This document shows positions 1 to 8,770 of a stretch of DNA of 55,495 bases, piece by piece (the first letter of the stretch is position 1; each line of letters opens with the position of its first letter). A program made the translations under genes and the position numbers. Origin of the DNA: a virus (lineage: Duplodnaviria; Caudoviricetes); the IMG/VR virus record IMGVR_UViG_3300021474_000001, positions 1 through 55,495 of that record; one strand, written 5' to 3'. Below the pieces are notes generated by a model. It was not told where the DNA came from, made no database searches, and saw only the letters and a list, made by a program, of their open reading frames with translations.

Positions 1-127
1 GCGTGCGAGCCGGTCTTTCTCCGTGGTCGCATCCTCGAGGTCGCGCCGGAGCTTGCGGTTCTCATCTTCGAGGCGCTGAACGTCGCGGCGGTAGTCGTGC
101 GAGTCCGGCTCGACGGTCGGCCTAAGC
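1..127. repeat. Terminal direct repeat, copy 1 (circular assembly overlap)
   Basis: Identical to 55369-55495; 127 bp is a common assembler k-mer length. Confidence 0.95.
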
Positions 128-147
128 AGCGATAGTTCATTCGCCAT
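1..147 (-). CDS. 5' part of a junction-spanning coiled-coil/HTH protein (continues at 55368->55030, ~161 aa total)
   Basis: ATG at 147 with GGAG upstream; MANELSLLRPTVEPDSHDYRRDVQRLEDENRKLRRDLEDAT...; in frame with ORF 55030..55365. Confidence 0.8.
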   Translation of the reverse strand, partial: MANELSLLRPTVEPDSHDYRRDVQRLEDENRKLRRDLEDATTEKDRLAR

Positions 148-309
148 GTTTCGGCTCCTTGACCTTCATCAACTGCCCGTGACTGCGATTGCCGAGGTAA
201 GTCTCTACATGGAAGAGCGCAACGCCGTCATCATCAATGCTGTCGATCCCGATCTGCTGATCGTCTTCGATGCCCAACTCTTCGCAGCGCGCCTTAAATT
301 CCTTCCACG

Positions 310-936
310 TCATTGTCGGATTACCTCGTCGGCTTTGCCGTTGCTCTTATCCTCAATCGCGGTACGGAATCCTTGTAGCGACGCTTCCAGCATCCCCGGC
401 AGCCCCAACTCTTCGAGCTTACGCAGCGCGGCGATGGCGAGTTTGATCGCGTTCATGTTCCAGCGCGGCTCAGTGTAGAGGTCCAACGCCACCACGAACT
501 GATGGTTCCCGCTGACGTTCTTGACCCACGCTTTCGCGCGGTCGCGATGCTGGCCCATGAGGAGGTACTGATTCACGTCGCCGCCTTCGCGGTCGGGATG
601 ATACTGCATCGCCTTGCGTCGGTAGGCTTCGTCGATCTCCGCGAGTGTAGGGGCGGGATTATCGATCCCCAGCGCGGTCTGCCAGCTATAGTCCTCTTCG
701 CGCGACTTCGAGAAGTAGACGGCGACGCCGGGGTCGATGCGAGCCTGATCCCCTTCGTTGTAGGTCAGCAGGATTTCGGTCGCGCCGAGCTTGCGCAACT
801 GATCGACTAGGCCAGCGCGATACTCTGCGAGTTGCTTTTTCCAGACCCGCTTCGGCTCACGGTCTGCGATGAGCGTGCGGCGCGCCTTCTTGTCCCATTG
901 GACCGGATGCTTCTCTTCGACTCGGATGTTCTTCAT
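310..936 (-). CDS. J-domain (DnaJ-like) protein
   Basis: EIDEAYRRKAMQYHPDREGGD carries the HPD motif. Confidence 0.85.
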   Translation of the reverse strand: MKNIRVEEKHPVQWDKKARRTLIADREPKRVWKKQLAEYRAGLVDQLRKLGATEILLTYNEGDQARIDPGVAVYFSKSREEDYSWQTALGIDNPAPTLAEIDEAYRRKAMQYHPDREGGDVNQYLLMGQHRDRAKAWVKNVSGNHQFVVALDLYTEPRWNMNAIKLAIAALRKLEELGLPGMLEASLQGFRTAIEDKSNGKADEVIRQ

Positions 937-1112
937 GCGTCAATCTCCACGGGCCAGTAGCGGCAGACGACGTTCAATTCGGTCGATAACTGCTGCGTGT
1001 GATCGACGCACAGGTTGAGTTGGACGTGATCCAGCAGGATGCAGAGGTGGGCGGGCGCTCCGCATTCGTCGCAGGTGATGTTGTGCTTGGGGTTCGCGCT
1101 ATCGAGTTTCAT
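933..1112 (-). CDS. Small Zn-binding hypothetical protein
   Basis: MKLDSANPKH...CDEC...LCVDH; ATGA overlap with upstream gene. Confidence 0.5.
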   Translation of the reverse strand: MKLDSANPKHNITCDECGAPAHLCILLDHVQLNLCVDHTQQLSTELNVVCRYWPVEIDA

Positions 1113-1522
1113 TGATCCAGATACTCCTTCAGTGCTGTCTTTGCTTCCTGGAATCCTCTCGCGACGACGACCTTGTATCCGAGCGCGCGCAGATTGTCGT
1201 GCCAGTCCTCTTGCTCCTGAGATACGACGCCGCCTTTCTCGCGTTTGAGCTCGATGCGCAGACCGTGGTAAAGCGGGCATCCGCAGTTCTTCCGACCACC
1301 ACCGGGCATATCGACCAGGATGTCGGGCACGCCCTGCTTGTTGCCGGCGCGCTTCGCCTTCTTCGCGAGGCCGATCGAGAGACGGATTCCGTTCAGCGTC
1401 GAGAAGGCCATTCCGGCGCCGTCGAGCTGGCAGGTCGCGAGCCAGTTGAACACCTCGACTTGCTCGTCGTACTCCTTCGGGATAAAGGGCTTGGGCGCTG
1501 TCAAGCGGAACGCTTTAGCCAC
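1109..1522 (-). CDS. VRR-NUC family nuclease
   Basis: GVPDI...IELK...SQEQEDW...GYKVVV motifs. Confidence 0.85.
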   Translation of the reverse strand: MAKAFRLTAPKPFIPKEYDEQVEVFNWLATCQLDGAGMAFSTLNGIRLSIGLAKKAKRAGNKQGVPDILVDMPGGGRKNCGCPLYHGLRIELKREKGGVVSQEQEDWHDNLRALGYKVVVARGFQEAKTALKEYLDQ

Positions 1523-2510
1523 GATTGCGCGTCTCCGGTTCTTTGGTAAACGTGGCGGGGAAGTCCCACAACCCTTTCGCGGAGGTCATGCGGCGCTTCA
1601 GTTCCCCTGGCTTGGGGTCGAAGAGGGCAAGAATATCTTCGGGATGCTTCGCGAGCCAAGCGACCACTAGCTCGGGCGAATGGAGTTCGCGAAATTTGTA
1701 CACAAAGGTAACGGTGACGCCCTGAACCTTACCGGCTGGTTCCTTCTCGTCAGGGAGCGCGACCGGGATGGGCGGGGCCTCTAGCACGGCATGGGCTTCT
1801 TCAATGTGCCCCTGCGCCTCCAGATGCGCGGCCTCTGCGAGACGCTGATCCTCCTGCGCCTTCCGAGCCTCTTCCTCGCGCTTGCGACGTTCCTCATCTG
1901 CGACGCGCCGGCGTTCCTGCTCCCACTTCGCCATCAGGCCCGAGCAGTAGCGACGCACTTCCTGGGCTGGGTCTGTGGCGGTCTTAAACATCCGCGACAA
2001 GAACCGATGCACGCCGTAGGCGTTCTCTACCGCCTTGCGAGCGTCGGATGCCTCGGCCGCGGCGAGAAACTTTTTCGCGTCGTCGTCGAGTTCCTTTGCC
2101 GTTTCGACGACCATTCGGGTCAGCGGCTTGCCTACGAGTTCCTTCTGACGGGCGAGCAAACCGCCAAGCGTCGTCTCAAGCGGCGCGAACATCGGGCGTG
2201 CGGTGACTTCGGTCGTGGGTAGCTGAGTCTCGGGCATCGGGGCATCTCCATGATTGTTAGCGGGGTGAGTGCGGACAGGTGGGGGGAGAGACCCATCCGC
2301 ACTCCTTGGACCGCCAGAGCCATCGAGCGGCACCCCTGTTTCACCCTTTCGTAAAGCACACACGCATCGGGTCAGCCAATCGTACCGAGGGTCTGAGCCG
2401 ATGTAGCCGCCACAAGTCGCGCACTTGTCGGTTTCAGGGACAGGCGGGAGTTGACGGCGTTCTTCGCGCAGATCCAACGCTGCCTGTCGGGATTTGCTGA
2501 GAGGACTCAT
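1515..2510 (-). CDS. Coiled-coil hypothetical protein of the recombination module (start uncertain; internal RBS before MPETQ near 2237)
   Basis: E/R/K-rich helical core; position downstream of RecT and nuclease. Confidence 0.6.
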   Translation of the reverse strand: MSPLSKSRQAALDLREERRQLPPVPETDKCATCGGYIGSDPRYDWLTRCVCALRKGETGVPLDGSGGPRSADGSLPPPVRTHPANNHGDAPMPETQLPTTEVTARPMFAPLETTLGGLLARQKELVGKPLTRMVVETAKELDDDAKKFLAAAEASDARKAVENAYGVHRFLSRMFKTATDPAQEVRRYCSGLMAKWEQERRRVADEERRKREEEARKAQEDQRLAEAAHLEAQGHIEEAHAVLEAPPIPVALPDEKEPAGKVQGVTVTFVYKFRELHSPELVVAWLAKHPEDILALFDPKPGELKRRMTSAKGLWDFPATFTKEPETRNRG

Positions 2511-3106
2511 GCTCCTAATCCTTGGAACTTCGCGCGTATCCAATGAGCGCGCACGAGAATCGTCCACTCATCGAAGTCGCGCGGATCGTTGAAGTAGTGG
2601 AGTTTGAAATCTCCGCGAGTTAGCTGCAGCCCGACGCGGATCGATCGCGGCATTCCCATTGAGCGCTGGGCCGATTCGTAACTCGCGAGCTGTAGCGGGG
2701 TGACAGGAGGAAAGCCGCCGCTCTTTACATCGAGCGTGGCGCGCACCTCGCTGCCGTGACCATCGCAGAGCATCACGGTCTGATCGGGATGCCCGACGTA
2801 GCGCTCTGCCTTGTTCACAACTTCGTAGGCGCACTGAATGAGCTTGACCTTGTGGCGCAGCAGGAATTCTCGGTAGCCTTCGAGGAACGGCATGCAGCAG
2901 GCTTCGTGAGACTTCCAACCGTCGCCCAGGGTCTTGCCCATCGCCAGCAGATTGCAGCCGCCATCGACGAACCGGCCGCGCTGCGCTGAGTTCTTGCACT
3001 CGTACTCTGCGGGCTGGGTGGCGTCGGCGTGGTGATACCAACGCTCGGCGTCGCCGTAGAGACCGGCATCCTTGAGCACAGTCGTGGTCGAGGGCCAGTT
3101 GTTCAT
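2507..3106 (-). CDS. PD-(D/E)XK exonuclease, probable RecT partner
   Basis: PSTTTVL, YVGHPD, LDVKSG, LQLASY motifs. Confidence 0.75.
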   Translation of the reverse strand: MNNWPSTTTVLKDAGLYGDAERWYHHADATQPAEYECKNSAQRGRFVDGGCNLLAMGKTLGDGWKSHEACCMPFLEGYREFLLRHKVKLIQCAYEVVNKAERYVGHPDQTVMLCDGHGSEVRATLDVKSGGFPPVTPLQLASYESAQRSMGMPRSIRVGLQLTRGDFKLHYFNDPRDFDEWTILVRAHWIRAKFQGLGA

Positions 3107-3372
3107 AGTTTCGCCTCTGCCCACAGCCATTCGAGTTCTTTCAAAGACTGATAATGAGGTTCGATGCCGTCCCTGACCAACTTCTCGCGAACGGCTTGCT
3201 CTACGTACTTGAGGTCATCGCCAGCGGTTCTGAACCCTTCGGGATACCGTGACGCTGGGCATTTCTCGCAAAAGCCGTCGCAGCAACGGGACGCTTCGGG
3301 GTCGCGAGAATGCCATGCGAGCGAGATAATCGCGCAAGCAATCTCCATCGCTTTGAGCCTGTTGCGGATCAT
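3103..3372 (-). CDS. Hypothetical protein (CDGFCEKC)
   Basis: ATGA-coupled within the operon. Confidence 0.6.
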   Translation of the reverse strand: MIRNRLKAMEIACAIISLAWHSRDPEASRCCDGFCEKCPASRYPEGFRTAGDDLKYVEQAVREKLVRDGIEPHYQSLKELEWLWAEAKL

Positions 3373-4322
3373 CCCGCCAACTCCGACTGCATCGCGCTGG
3401 TCAGCGGCTCGATCTGACTGAGCCTCAACTTGACCAAATCGTCAACGCTGAAATTCTTTTCGAGGAAGGGAGCGAGAGCGCTGCGCTTGCCGCCGAGACT
3501 GATCCATTGGTCGAAGAGGTCGTCAACCTCGCCCGTCGAGAGCGGACGATCTTCTTTGGGTGGTATCTCGGGCTGGACGCGGCGGGGCGTAGGGGCCTTG
3601 GTCCCGTCCGATGCGTCGGGGATTTCGGGCTGTACCTCAACTTCGCCGGCATCTCGCGCGGTTGTGGCGAACGTCAGGTCGAGGCGAGCCGCCTCATCGT
3701 CTTTCATCAAGCCGCGACGGTCGCCCTGCAGGCGCTTGGCATGCCGCCGGATGACGGATTTGCGGATCATCTCGCCCTCGAAGTACTGCCACGCGGGGGA
3801 GGGCTTGTTGCCAGAGATTCGGAGCGCGGCTTTCTTGATGGCGTCGATGTCGTCGAGGTCCATAATCTCGAAATCTTTGTAGCCCCCAGGCATCACGGCG
3901 ACTGAGTAGACGTGCGTGATCTTGCCTCGCTTCTCTTTCGCGGGGTAGTGGGTGATCTTCGGGTCGGTGCCGAGTTCGGCCTCGAAGCGATCGTCTTCGC
4001 GGACGAGATTGGCAGTCATCTGAACGACGCAACCAGCTTGGACGAGCCGGAATACCATCCCTCGCCAGCCGATCTGCAACTGCGCTTCGTTCTTGTAGGG
4101 GATGATGTAGCAGTGCTGATCGACGGTGCCGAGTTCGAGACCGCACTGTGCGGCTTTGAGCACGCAGTCGAAAAGGGATTGTGGCGTGCAGGAGCGGAGT
4201 TGAGGGTTGCGCTCGACTTCGCGAGCGAGAATGAAGAATCGCTCGGGCGTGAGGTACTTGGGGAGCAGGGCGCGGATTTCGTCGGCGCGCGTGTCGATTA
4301 GGGTCAGGAATGTGTCAGCCAT
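3369..4322 (-). CDS. recT: RecT family single-strand annealing recombinase
   Basis: CTPQSL, GLEL...CYIIPY, QLQIGWRG, VREDD.F, MIRKSVIRR; AGGAG RBS before MADTF at 4322. Confidence 0.92.
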   Translation of the reverse strand: MADTFLTLIDTRADEIRALLPKYLTPERFFILAREVERNPQLRSCTPQSLFDCVLKAAQCGLELGTVDQHCYIIPYKNEAQLQIGWRGMVFRLVQAGCVVQMTANLVREDDRFEAELGTDPKITHYPAKEKRGKITHVYSVAVMPGGYKDFEIMDLDDIDAIKKAALRISGNKPSPAWQYFEGEMIRKSVIRRHAKRLQGDRRGLMKDDEAARLDLTFATTARDAGEVEVQPEIPDASDGTKAPTPRRVQPEIPPKEDRPLSTGEVDDLFDQWISLGGKRSALAPFLEKNFSVDDLVKLRLSQIEPLTSAMQSELAG

Positions 4323-4611
4323 TGGCAAACTCCTTATCCATCGTGAAGCGAACGCAGTAAGCGATCTGGCCTTCGAGGGTGCGAAACTGATCATCGGCCT
4401 GCGACTTCGCCCATTTCGCGACTTCGCCCATTTCGCGACTTCGCCACTCAGGGTGACAGATACGGTGACGGAGCGGCCGCGGCGCTTCACGCCGGTCTTG
4501 CGCTCGCGCTTCTGCTTCGCCGGTCTTGCGCTCGCGCTTCTGCTTCGCCGGTTTCTGCAACCCGTCGTCGTTCTGCCTCTGCGCCGTGTTCTCTGAGGGT
4601 AGCTGACTCAT
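4315..4611 (-). CDS. Ribbon-helix-helix protein scrambled by two compensating tandem duplications
   Basis: Removing one 28-bp and one 17-bp copy gives ...KRRGRSVTVSVTLSGEVAKWAKSQADDQFRTLEGQIAYCV (Arc/CopG-like). Confidence 0.7.
   Translation of the reverse strand: MSQLPSENTAQRQNDDGLQKPAKQKRERKTGEAEARAQDRREAPRPLRHRICHPEWRSREMGEVAKWAKSQADDQFRTLEGQIAYCVRFTMDKEFANG
4401..4445. repeat. Tandem 17-bp repeat gcgacttcgcccatttc x2 plus 11-bp partial
   Basis: 4401-4417, 4418-4434, partial 4435-4445. Confidence 0.95.
4490..4552. repeat. Tandem 28-bp repeat cgccggtcttgcgctcgcgcttctgctt x2 plus 7-bp partial
   Basis: 4490-4517, 4518-4545, partial 4546-4552. Confidence 0.95.
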
Positions 4612-4787
4612 CGTTTCTCCTTGCCGTTGGTTAGCGAGCGCAGATTGGATGCGAGGCCGCGATCCTTGAGCAGCGCCGACGCCACGAGCACGCTTGCGGT
4701 GACGTTGCGCCGGATCGCTTCCATGCGGATCGCCTGAATCCAGTCACGCTCAAGATAGACTGTAAATCGAACCGTTGATTTCGCCAT
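4608..4787 (-). CDS. RHH (CopG-like) regulator, probably leaderless
   Basis: MAKSTVRFTVYLERDWIQAIRMEAIRRNVTASVLV: strand-helix-helix pattern. Confidence 0.75.
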   Translation of the reverse strand: MAKSTVRFTVYLERDWIQAIRMEAIRRNVTASVLVASALLKDRGLASNLRSLTNGKEKR

Positions 4788-4792
4788 GACGC

Positions 4793-4823
4793 GCAATATT
4801 GCAAATCGCGCGCACCATGTCAA
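4793..4823 (-). promoter_or_regulatory. Leftward sigma70-type promoter overlapped by palindrome GCAATATTGC
   Basis: TTGACA-17-AATATT-7-ATG on the minus strand. Confidence 0.65.
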
Positions 4824-4857
4824 CAGGTCACCTAATCACGTCTATCCACAGACGCGC

Positions 4858-4886
4858 TTGCAATCGTAAATCAGAAAGCGTACAAC
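4858..4886 (+). promoter_or_regulatory. Rightward sigma70-type promoter for the replication operon
   Basis: TTGCAA-17-TACAAC, followed by a stem-loop leader (~4900-4952). Confidence 0.6.
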
Positions 4887-4983
4887 ACACTTCGCTGAGG
4901 CCGGGTGTTCGAGGTGGAAAGGCCCCACCACCCCTGACCACTCGACCCCGGTGCTCGGCAAATCTCGGTGGTGGAGCGGTGCA

Positions 4984-6735
4984 TTGGACTTAGATGAACG
5001 CGCAGAGAAGCTCAAATCAGTAAAATGGAGAACAGACCGCACAGCGTTCACGGCGGATTGCCCCCTCTCTAACGGGACGGTTCATCGGATTGCGGTCAGT
5101 AGCCTCAAGACGAAATGTCTTGGGGGTTGCGCTGACGATGCAGTCGGGAAGTTCTTTCTGAACGGCAGTGCAGTTTCTTCGACCTCAATTGAGGAGCCAA
5201 AACGCGCACCGGCCACGAAACCCCGCCAGTTGCCAGCTCCGCAGCAATCCCGAATTGACGACATCCTGCGCAGAGTCCCGCCGCAGAACCTCGAGGCCGA
5301 GCAATCGGTGCTGGGCGCCGTGCTGCTCGACAACGACGCGATCGAGGAGGCGAATCGGATACTCAAGCCGGAGGATTTTTACAGGGAGTCGCACCGCGAG
5401 ATTTTCAAGGCGATGCGGACGCTCTGGCGGGATAAGGTGCCGATCGATGCGGTGACGCTTTCAACCGAACTCAAGGGGAAGCTAGAACACATCGGGGGAC
5501 CAGCGTACCTCGCGGAATTGGCGGTCGTCGTACCGACTGCACAGAACGTGGCCCACTACTCGAACATCGTCAAGAGCAAGGCGATCACACGGCAGATCGC
5601 GACGCACGCTACGCAGCTAGCCTCTGCGGCTTACGAGGGAGTCAGCGCGTCGGCGCTGATCGGCGAGACGGAACGACTACTAGCCCCCTTCCAAGCGCTC
5701 GAACTCACCCCGTCCGACCTTCCGCAACTGACAAAATCATCGGTCGAGATATTCGATTGGGGTCAGATGCGCGTGCGGCGCGCAGAGCATATTCGCGATT
5801 GGGCGGTCGAGGGAATGCTGGCGCGGCGGGAAACATCATCATGGAGCGGCAAGGTCGAGGCCGGCAAGACGACCCTGATGCGCGAGTTGACGATGGCGGT
5901 TATCCGCGGCGAACCGTTCCTCGGGCGCCAGACCGTCAAGGGGCGGGTATTTTACGCGATGCTCGACGCGGACGGCGAGGACGTCACCTACGACGAGTTT
6001 GCGAAGCTCGGGTTTACCGACGCGGACGCGGCGTGGTGTAAATTCATGTTCGAGCCGAATATGGCCCAGATCGAGAACGGGCTTGAGCAATTTGTTAAGG
6101 TGCTCAAGGATTTCGAGCCAACGCTGGTAATCATCGACCCATACCCACGGCTGAAGGCGATCGAGGATTTCCACAGCTACACGAACACATACCTGATGGG
6201 GATGCTGTCGGAGATTGCCAAGACCATCAACGCGCACCTGGCGCTCCCGGGTCACATACCACGCGGCCGCAGCGACGATGACGACGTGGCGACTGCCGGC
6301 TTTGGTAGCATCTCCTTCAGCGGCGGCGTCAACGCGCGGTTCGTCGTGACGAATCGGAACGGCATCCATACGGTGAGATCGTCGAAGGGCAAGGCGGCGG
6401 GTTTCGTGCCGTTCGACGCCGAATATGTGCTGAGCCTCGACGCCGATACGAGCCGCGTTGTATTAGGAGAACCGTTCTCATGGAAGGATAAGGGACGCGC
6501 GGCCGCGGACCCTGTGGCGGCGTTCCTGGCGGCGAATAACGATCGGCCTTTTGACCTCGCCAGCCTCGCCCGGGAGATCCATCTTCAGAAGTCGGTCGTG
6601 CGGACGGCGCTCGGCAATCTCTTCAACGAGGGACGCATCCGGCGCGAGGGCGAGGGGCTGAAGCGGTCGCCGTTCATCTACGCGAGCAAGACCTACGACG
6701 GCGTTCTGACGCTGGCCGAAGTGAAGCGGGAATAG
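4984..6735 (+). CDS. Replicative helicase: primase-type Zn finger + DnaB N-terminal domain + RecA/AAA_25-type ATPase + C-terminal winged helix
   Basis: CPL..H..CLGGC; PPQNLEAEQSVLGAVLLD; GKVEAGKT Walker A; LVIID Walker B; TTG start after GGAG assumed (ORF track starts at 4951). Confidence 0.85.
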   Translation: MDLDERAEKLKSVKWRTDRTAFTADCPLSNGTVHRIAVSSLKTKCLGGCADDAVGKFFLNGSAVSSTSIEEPKRAPATKPRQLPAPQQSRIDDILRRVPPQNLEAEQSVLGAVLLDNDAIEEANRILKPEDFYRESHREIFKAMRTLWRDKVPIDAVTLSTELKGKLEHIGGPAYLAELAVVVPTAQNVAHYSNIVKSKAITRQIATHATQLASAAYEGVSASALIGETERLLAPFQALELTPSDLPQLTKSSVEIFDWGQMRVRRAEHIRDWAVEGMLARRETSSWSGKVEAGKTTLMRELTMAVIRGEPFLGRQTVKGRVFYAMLDADGEDVTYDEFAKLGFTDADAAWCKFMFEPNMAQIENGLEQFVKVLKDFEPTLVIIDPYPRLKAIEDFHSYTNTYLMGMLSEIAKTINAHLALPGHIPRGRSDDDDVATAGFGSISFSGGVNARFVVTNRNGIHTVRSSKGKAAGFVPFDAEYVLSLDADTSRVVLGEPFSWKDKGRAAADPVAAFLAANNDRPFDLASLAREIHLQKSVVRTALGNLFNEGRIRREGEGLKRSPFIYASKTYDGVLTLAEVKRE

Positions 6736-6738
6736 GCG

Positions 6739-6897
6739 GTTTTGCTAGGTTTCAAACCTACCACGAAAAAAAGGTAGGTTTCAGAATCACCTAAACCTAG
6801 CATTTTGAGAAAAAAGAATTGAAATAGCGAGATGTTTTTGGAGCGGAAATGATAGGTTTAGCAAATCAAAACCATAGGTTAAACCTAGCAATTGTTT
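6739..6897. other. Putative replication origin: AT-rich with repeated TAGGTT(T)/AAACCTA motifs in both orientations
   Basis: About seven motif copies plus A/T tracts directly after the helicase gene. Confidence 0.6.
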
Positions 6898-7196
6898 ACG
6901 CCGATACGACGGTCGAATGCGAGTCGTGCGGCTACGAAATCCCCGTCTTAAAAGACGAAGTCGACGACCTGCCTGAGTTCGTTGAATGCTCGACGTGCGC
7001 GGCCGACCGGCGCCTCGAATACCGCCTAAAGAAGATGAGGGAAAACCATACTCCTAAGATTCTGGATGAGATGGGCCTGCCCATCCAGATCCCTCCGATG
7101 ATTCAAATAGACACTCGAGACTTGCCTGGATTCATCCGCGACGACACGGCAAAGCGAATCGGCGAAACCCTATCGCTATTTAAGGAAAAGTTATGA
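6849..7196 (+). CDS. Zn-ribbon hypothetical protein (start uncertain)
   Basis: CESC...CSTC. Confidence 0.45.
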   Translation: MIGLANQNHRLNLAIVYADTTVECESCGYEIPVLKDEVDDLPEFVECSTCAADRRLEYRLKKMRENHTPKILDEMGLPIQIPPMIQIDTRDLPGFIRDDTAKRIGETLSLFKEKL

Positions 7197-7535
7197 ACAG
7201 AGTCACCCAAGGCCGCCCCGCGGCAGAACCCCCGGGCAAACCTCCCCTGCGAGCGATGGGCTTTCCGGGGTCGGGGCGGTCCCTTGGGGTTTCACACCGC
7301 GAGGCGTACCGAATCTACCACCGCCGCTGGCAGGCGGAGCACCGGCTGATGCTTACCTACCTGCCGCGGGCGCTCAGGACGATCGAGGAGCTGTGCCGGC
7401 CGTGAACCAAGGCGAACTCTTCGAGACTCTACCGCCGGACGAGACGCAGCCCTGTACGCGATGCGGCGCGACGATTACGACCCAGCACTTCACGCTGGGG
7501 CACGTCTCGAGTGAGTTCGTAGGCGAGGACGGCGA

Positions 7536-8681
7536 ATGCTGGAAGTGCTCACGGCGGGCGCGGCTCACGACGACGACCTTGCGATGATACTCCGCGCCGA
7601 CGCCCGCCATATCCCGCTGCGCGACGGGTGCGTGCAGACAGTGGTAACGAGTCCGCCGTATTGGGGTTTGAGGGATTACGGGACGGCGCGATGGGAAGGC
7701 GGGGATGCTGATTGCGACCATCTGGAACCACCGAGGGGCGGGCGCGACCCGATTACGGCAGCGAAGCAGCTAACGAGCGCAGGGACGCTTACCTACCAAT
7801 TTGCGAATGAATGCCGGAAATGTGGCTCACGCTGGCGAGATGCACAGATAGGCTTGGAACCGACGCCAGAAGCCTACGTGGCGACGATGGTAAGCGTGTT
7901 CAGGGAAGTGCGGCGGGTGCTGCGCGATGACGGGACTGTGTGGCTGAATCTGGGGGATTCCTACGCCGGATCCGGCCGAGGGCCATCGGGCAACTTCCAG
8001 CCTGACGCATCGTGCCTCGACAATCGAATCCCGGTCCCCGGCCTCAAGCCGAAAGACCTCTGCGGCATCCCGTGGCGGGTCGCATTCGCGTTGCAGGCGG
8101 ATGGCTGGTATCTGCGCTCTGACATCATCTGGGCGAAGCCCAACCCGATGCCGGAATCAGTGACGGACAGGCCGACGCGCAGCCATGAGTATATTTTCCT
8201 GCTGAGTAAGAGCGAGCGATATTTCTACGATCAAGACGCCATTAGAGAGCCAAATCTTGAATCGTCTATTCAGCGAATGATGAAACCGTGGAATGGTGAG
8301 ACGGTACGCGGGCATCCATCGGGACGGGCCCAGATGATTAGCGGCGGACGAGCTGGCGGCAATGCTCCAATGGCAAACGTGGATCCGAACGGTCGCAACA
8401 AGCGCAGCGTGTGGACGGTGAACAGCGAGCCGACACCGGAGGCGCATTTCGCGACGTTCCCGCAGAAGCTAATCGAGCCGTGCATCCTGGCGGGCAGCAG
8501 GACCGGCGACCTCGTACTCGATCCGTTCATCGGCAGCGGCACTGTCGGCAAGGTAGCGGAGCGATTCGGGCGCCGCTGGGTCGGGCTGGAGCTGTCGGAG
8601 AATTACATCGGCATCGCGAAGAATCGGACGGCGCAACGTGGGATGCAATTTGGCACGACGCCGACCTTGGGAACGAAGTGA
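7536..8681 (+). CDS. N4-cytosine/N6-adenine DNA methyltransferase (beta class), orphan
   Basis: TSPPY catalytic motif precedes DPFIGSGT; IIWAKPNPMPESV.DRPT.SHEY; HFATFP. Confidence 0.93.
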   Translation: MLEVLTAGAAHDDDLAMILRADARHIPLRDGCVQTVVTSPPYWGLRDYGTARWEGGDADCDHLEPPRGGRDPITAAKQLTSAGTLTYQFANECRKCGSRWRDAQIGLEPTPEAYVATMVSVFREVRRVLRDDGTVWLNLGDSYAGSGRGPSGNFQPDASCLDNRIPVPGLKPKDLCGIPWRVAFALQADGWYLRSDIIWAKPNPMPESVTDRPTRSHEYIFLLSKSERYFYDQDAIREPNLESSIQRMMKPWNGETVRGHPSGRAQMISGGRAGGNAPMANVDPNGRNKRSVWTVNSEPTPEAHFATFPQKLIEPCILAGSRTGDLVLDPFIGSGTVGKVAERFGRRWVGLELSENYIGIAKNRTAQRGMQFGTTPTLGTK

Positions 8682-8770
8682 GGGATTGGCTGAGACTCGC
8701 GTAGGCGGCGGCGCGATCTGCGGACGAATGCGCTAGATGCGGTGACCGTCGTGCTCAGCCAAACTTGATT

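Noticed and set aside
1-127. Biological direct terminal repeat
   Set aside because: Length equals a standard assembler k-mer and it falls mid-gene
4323-4490. N-terminal extension of RecT given in the ORF track
   Set aside because: A by-product of the 17-bp duplication; the good RBS is before ATG 4322
4401-4552. Short repeats as a mini-CRISPR array
   Set aside because: Copies are directly adjacent with no spacers, and the two units are unrelated
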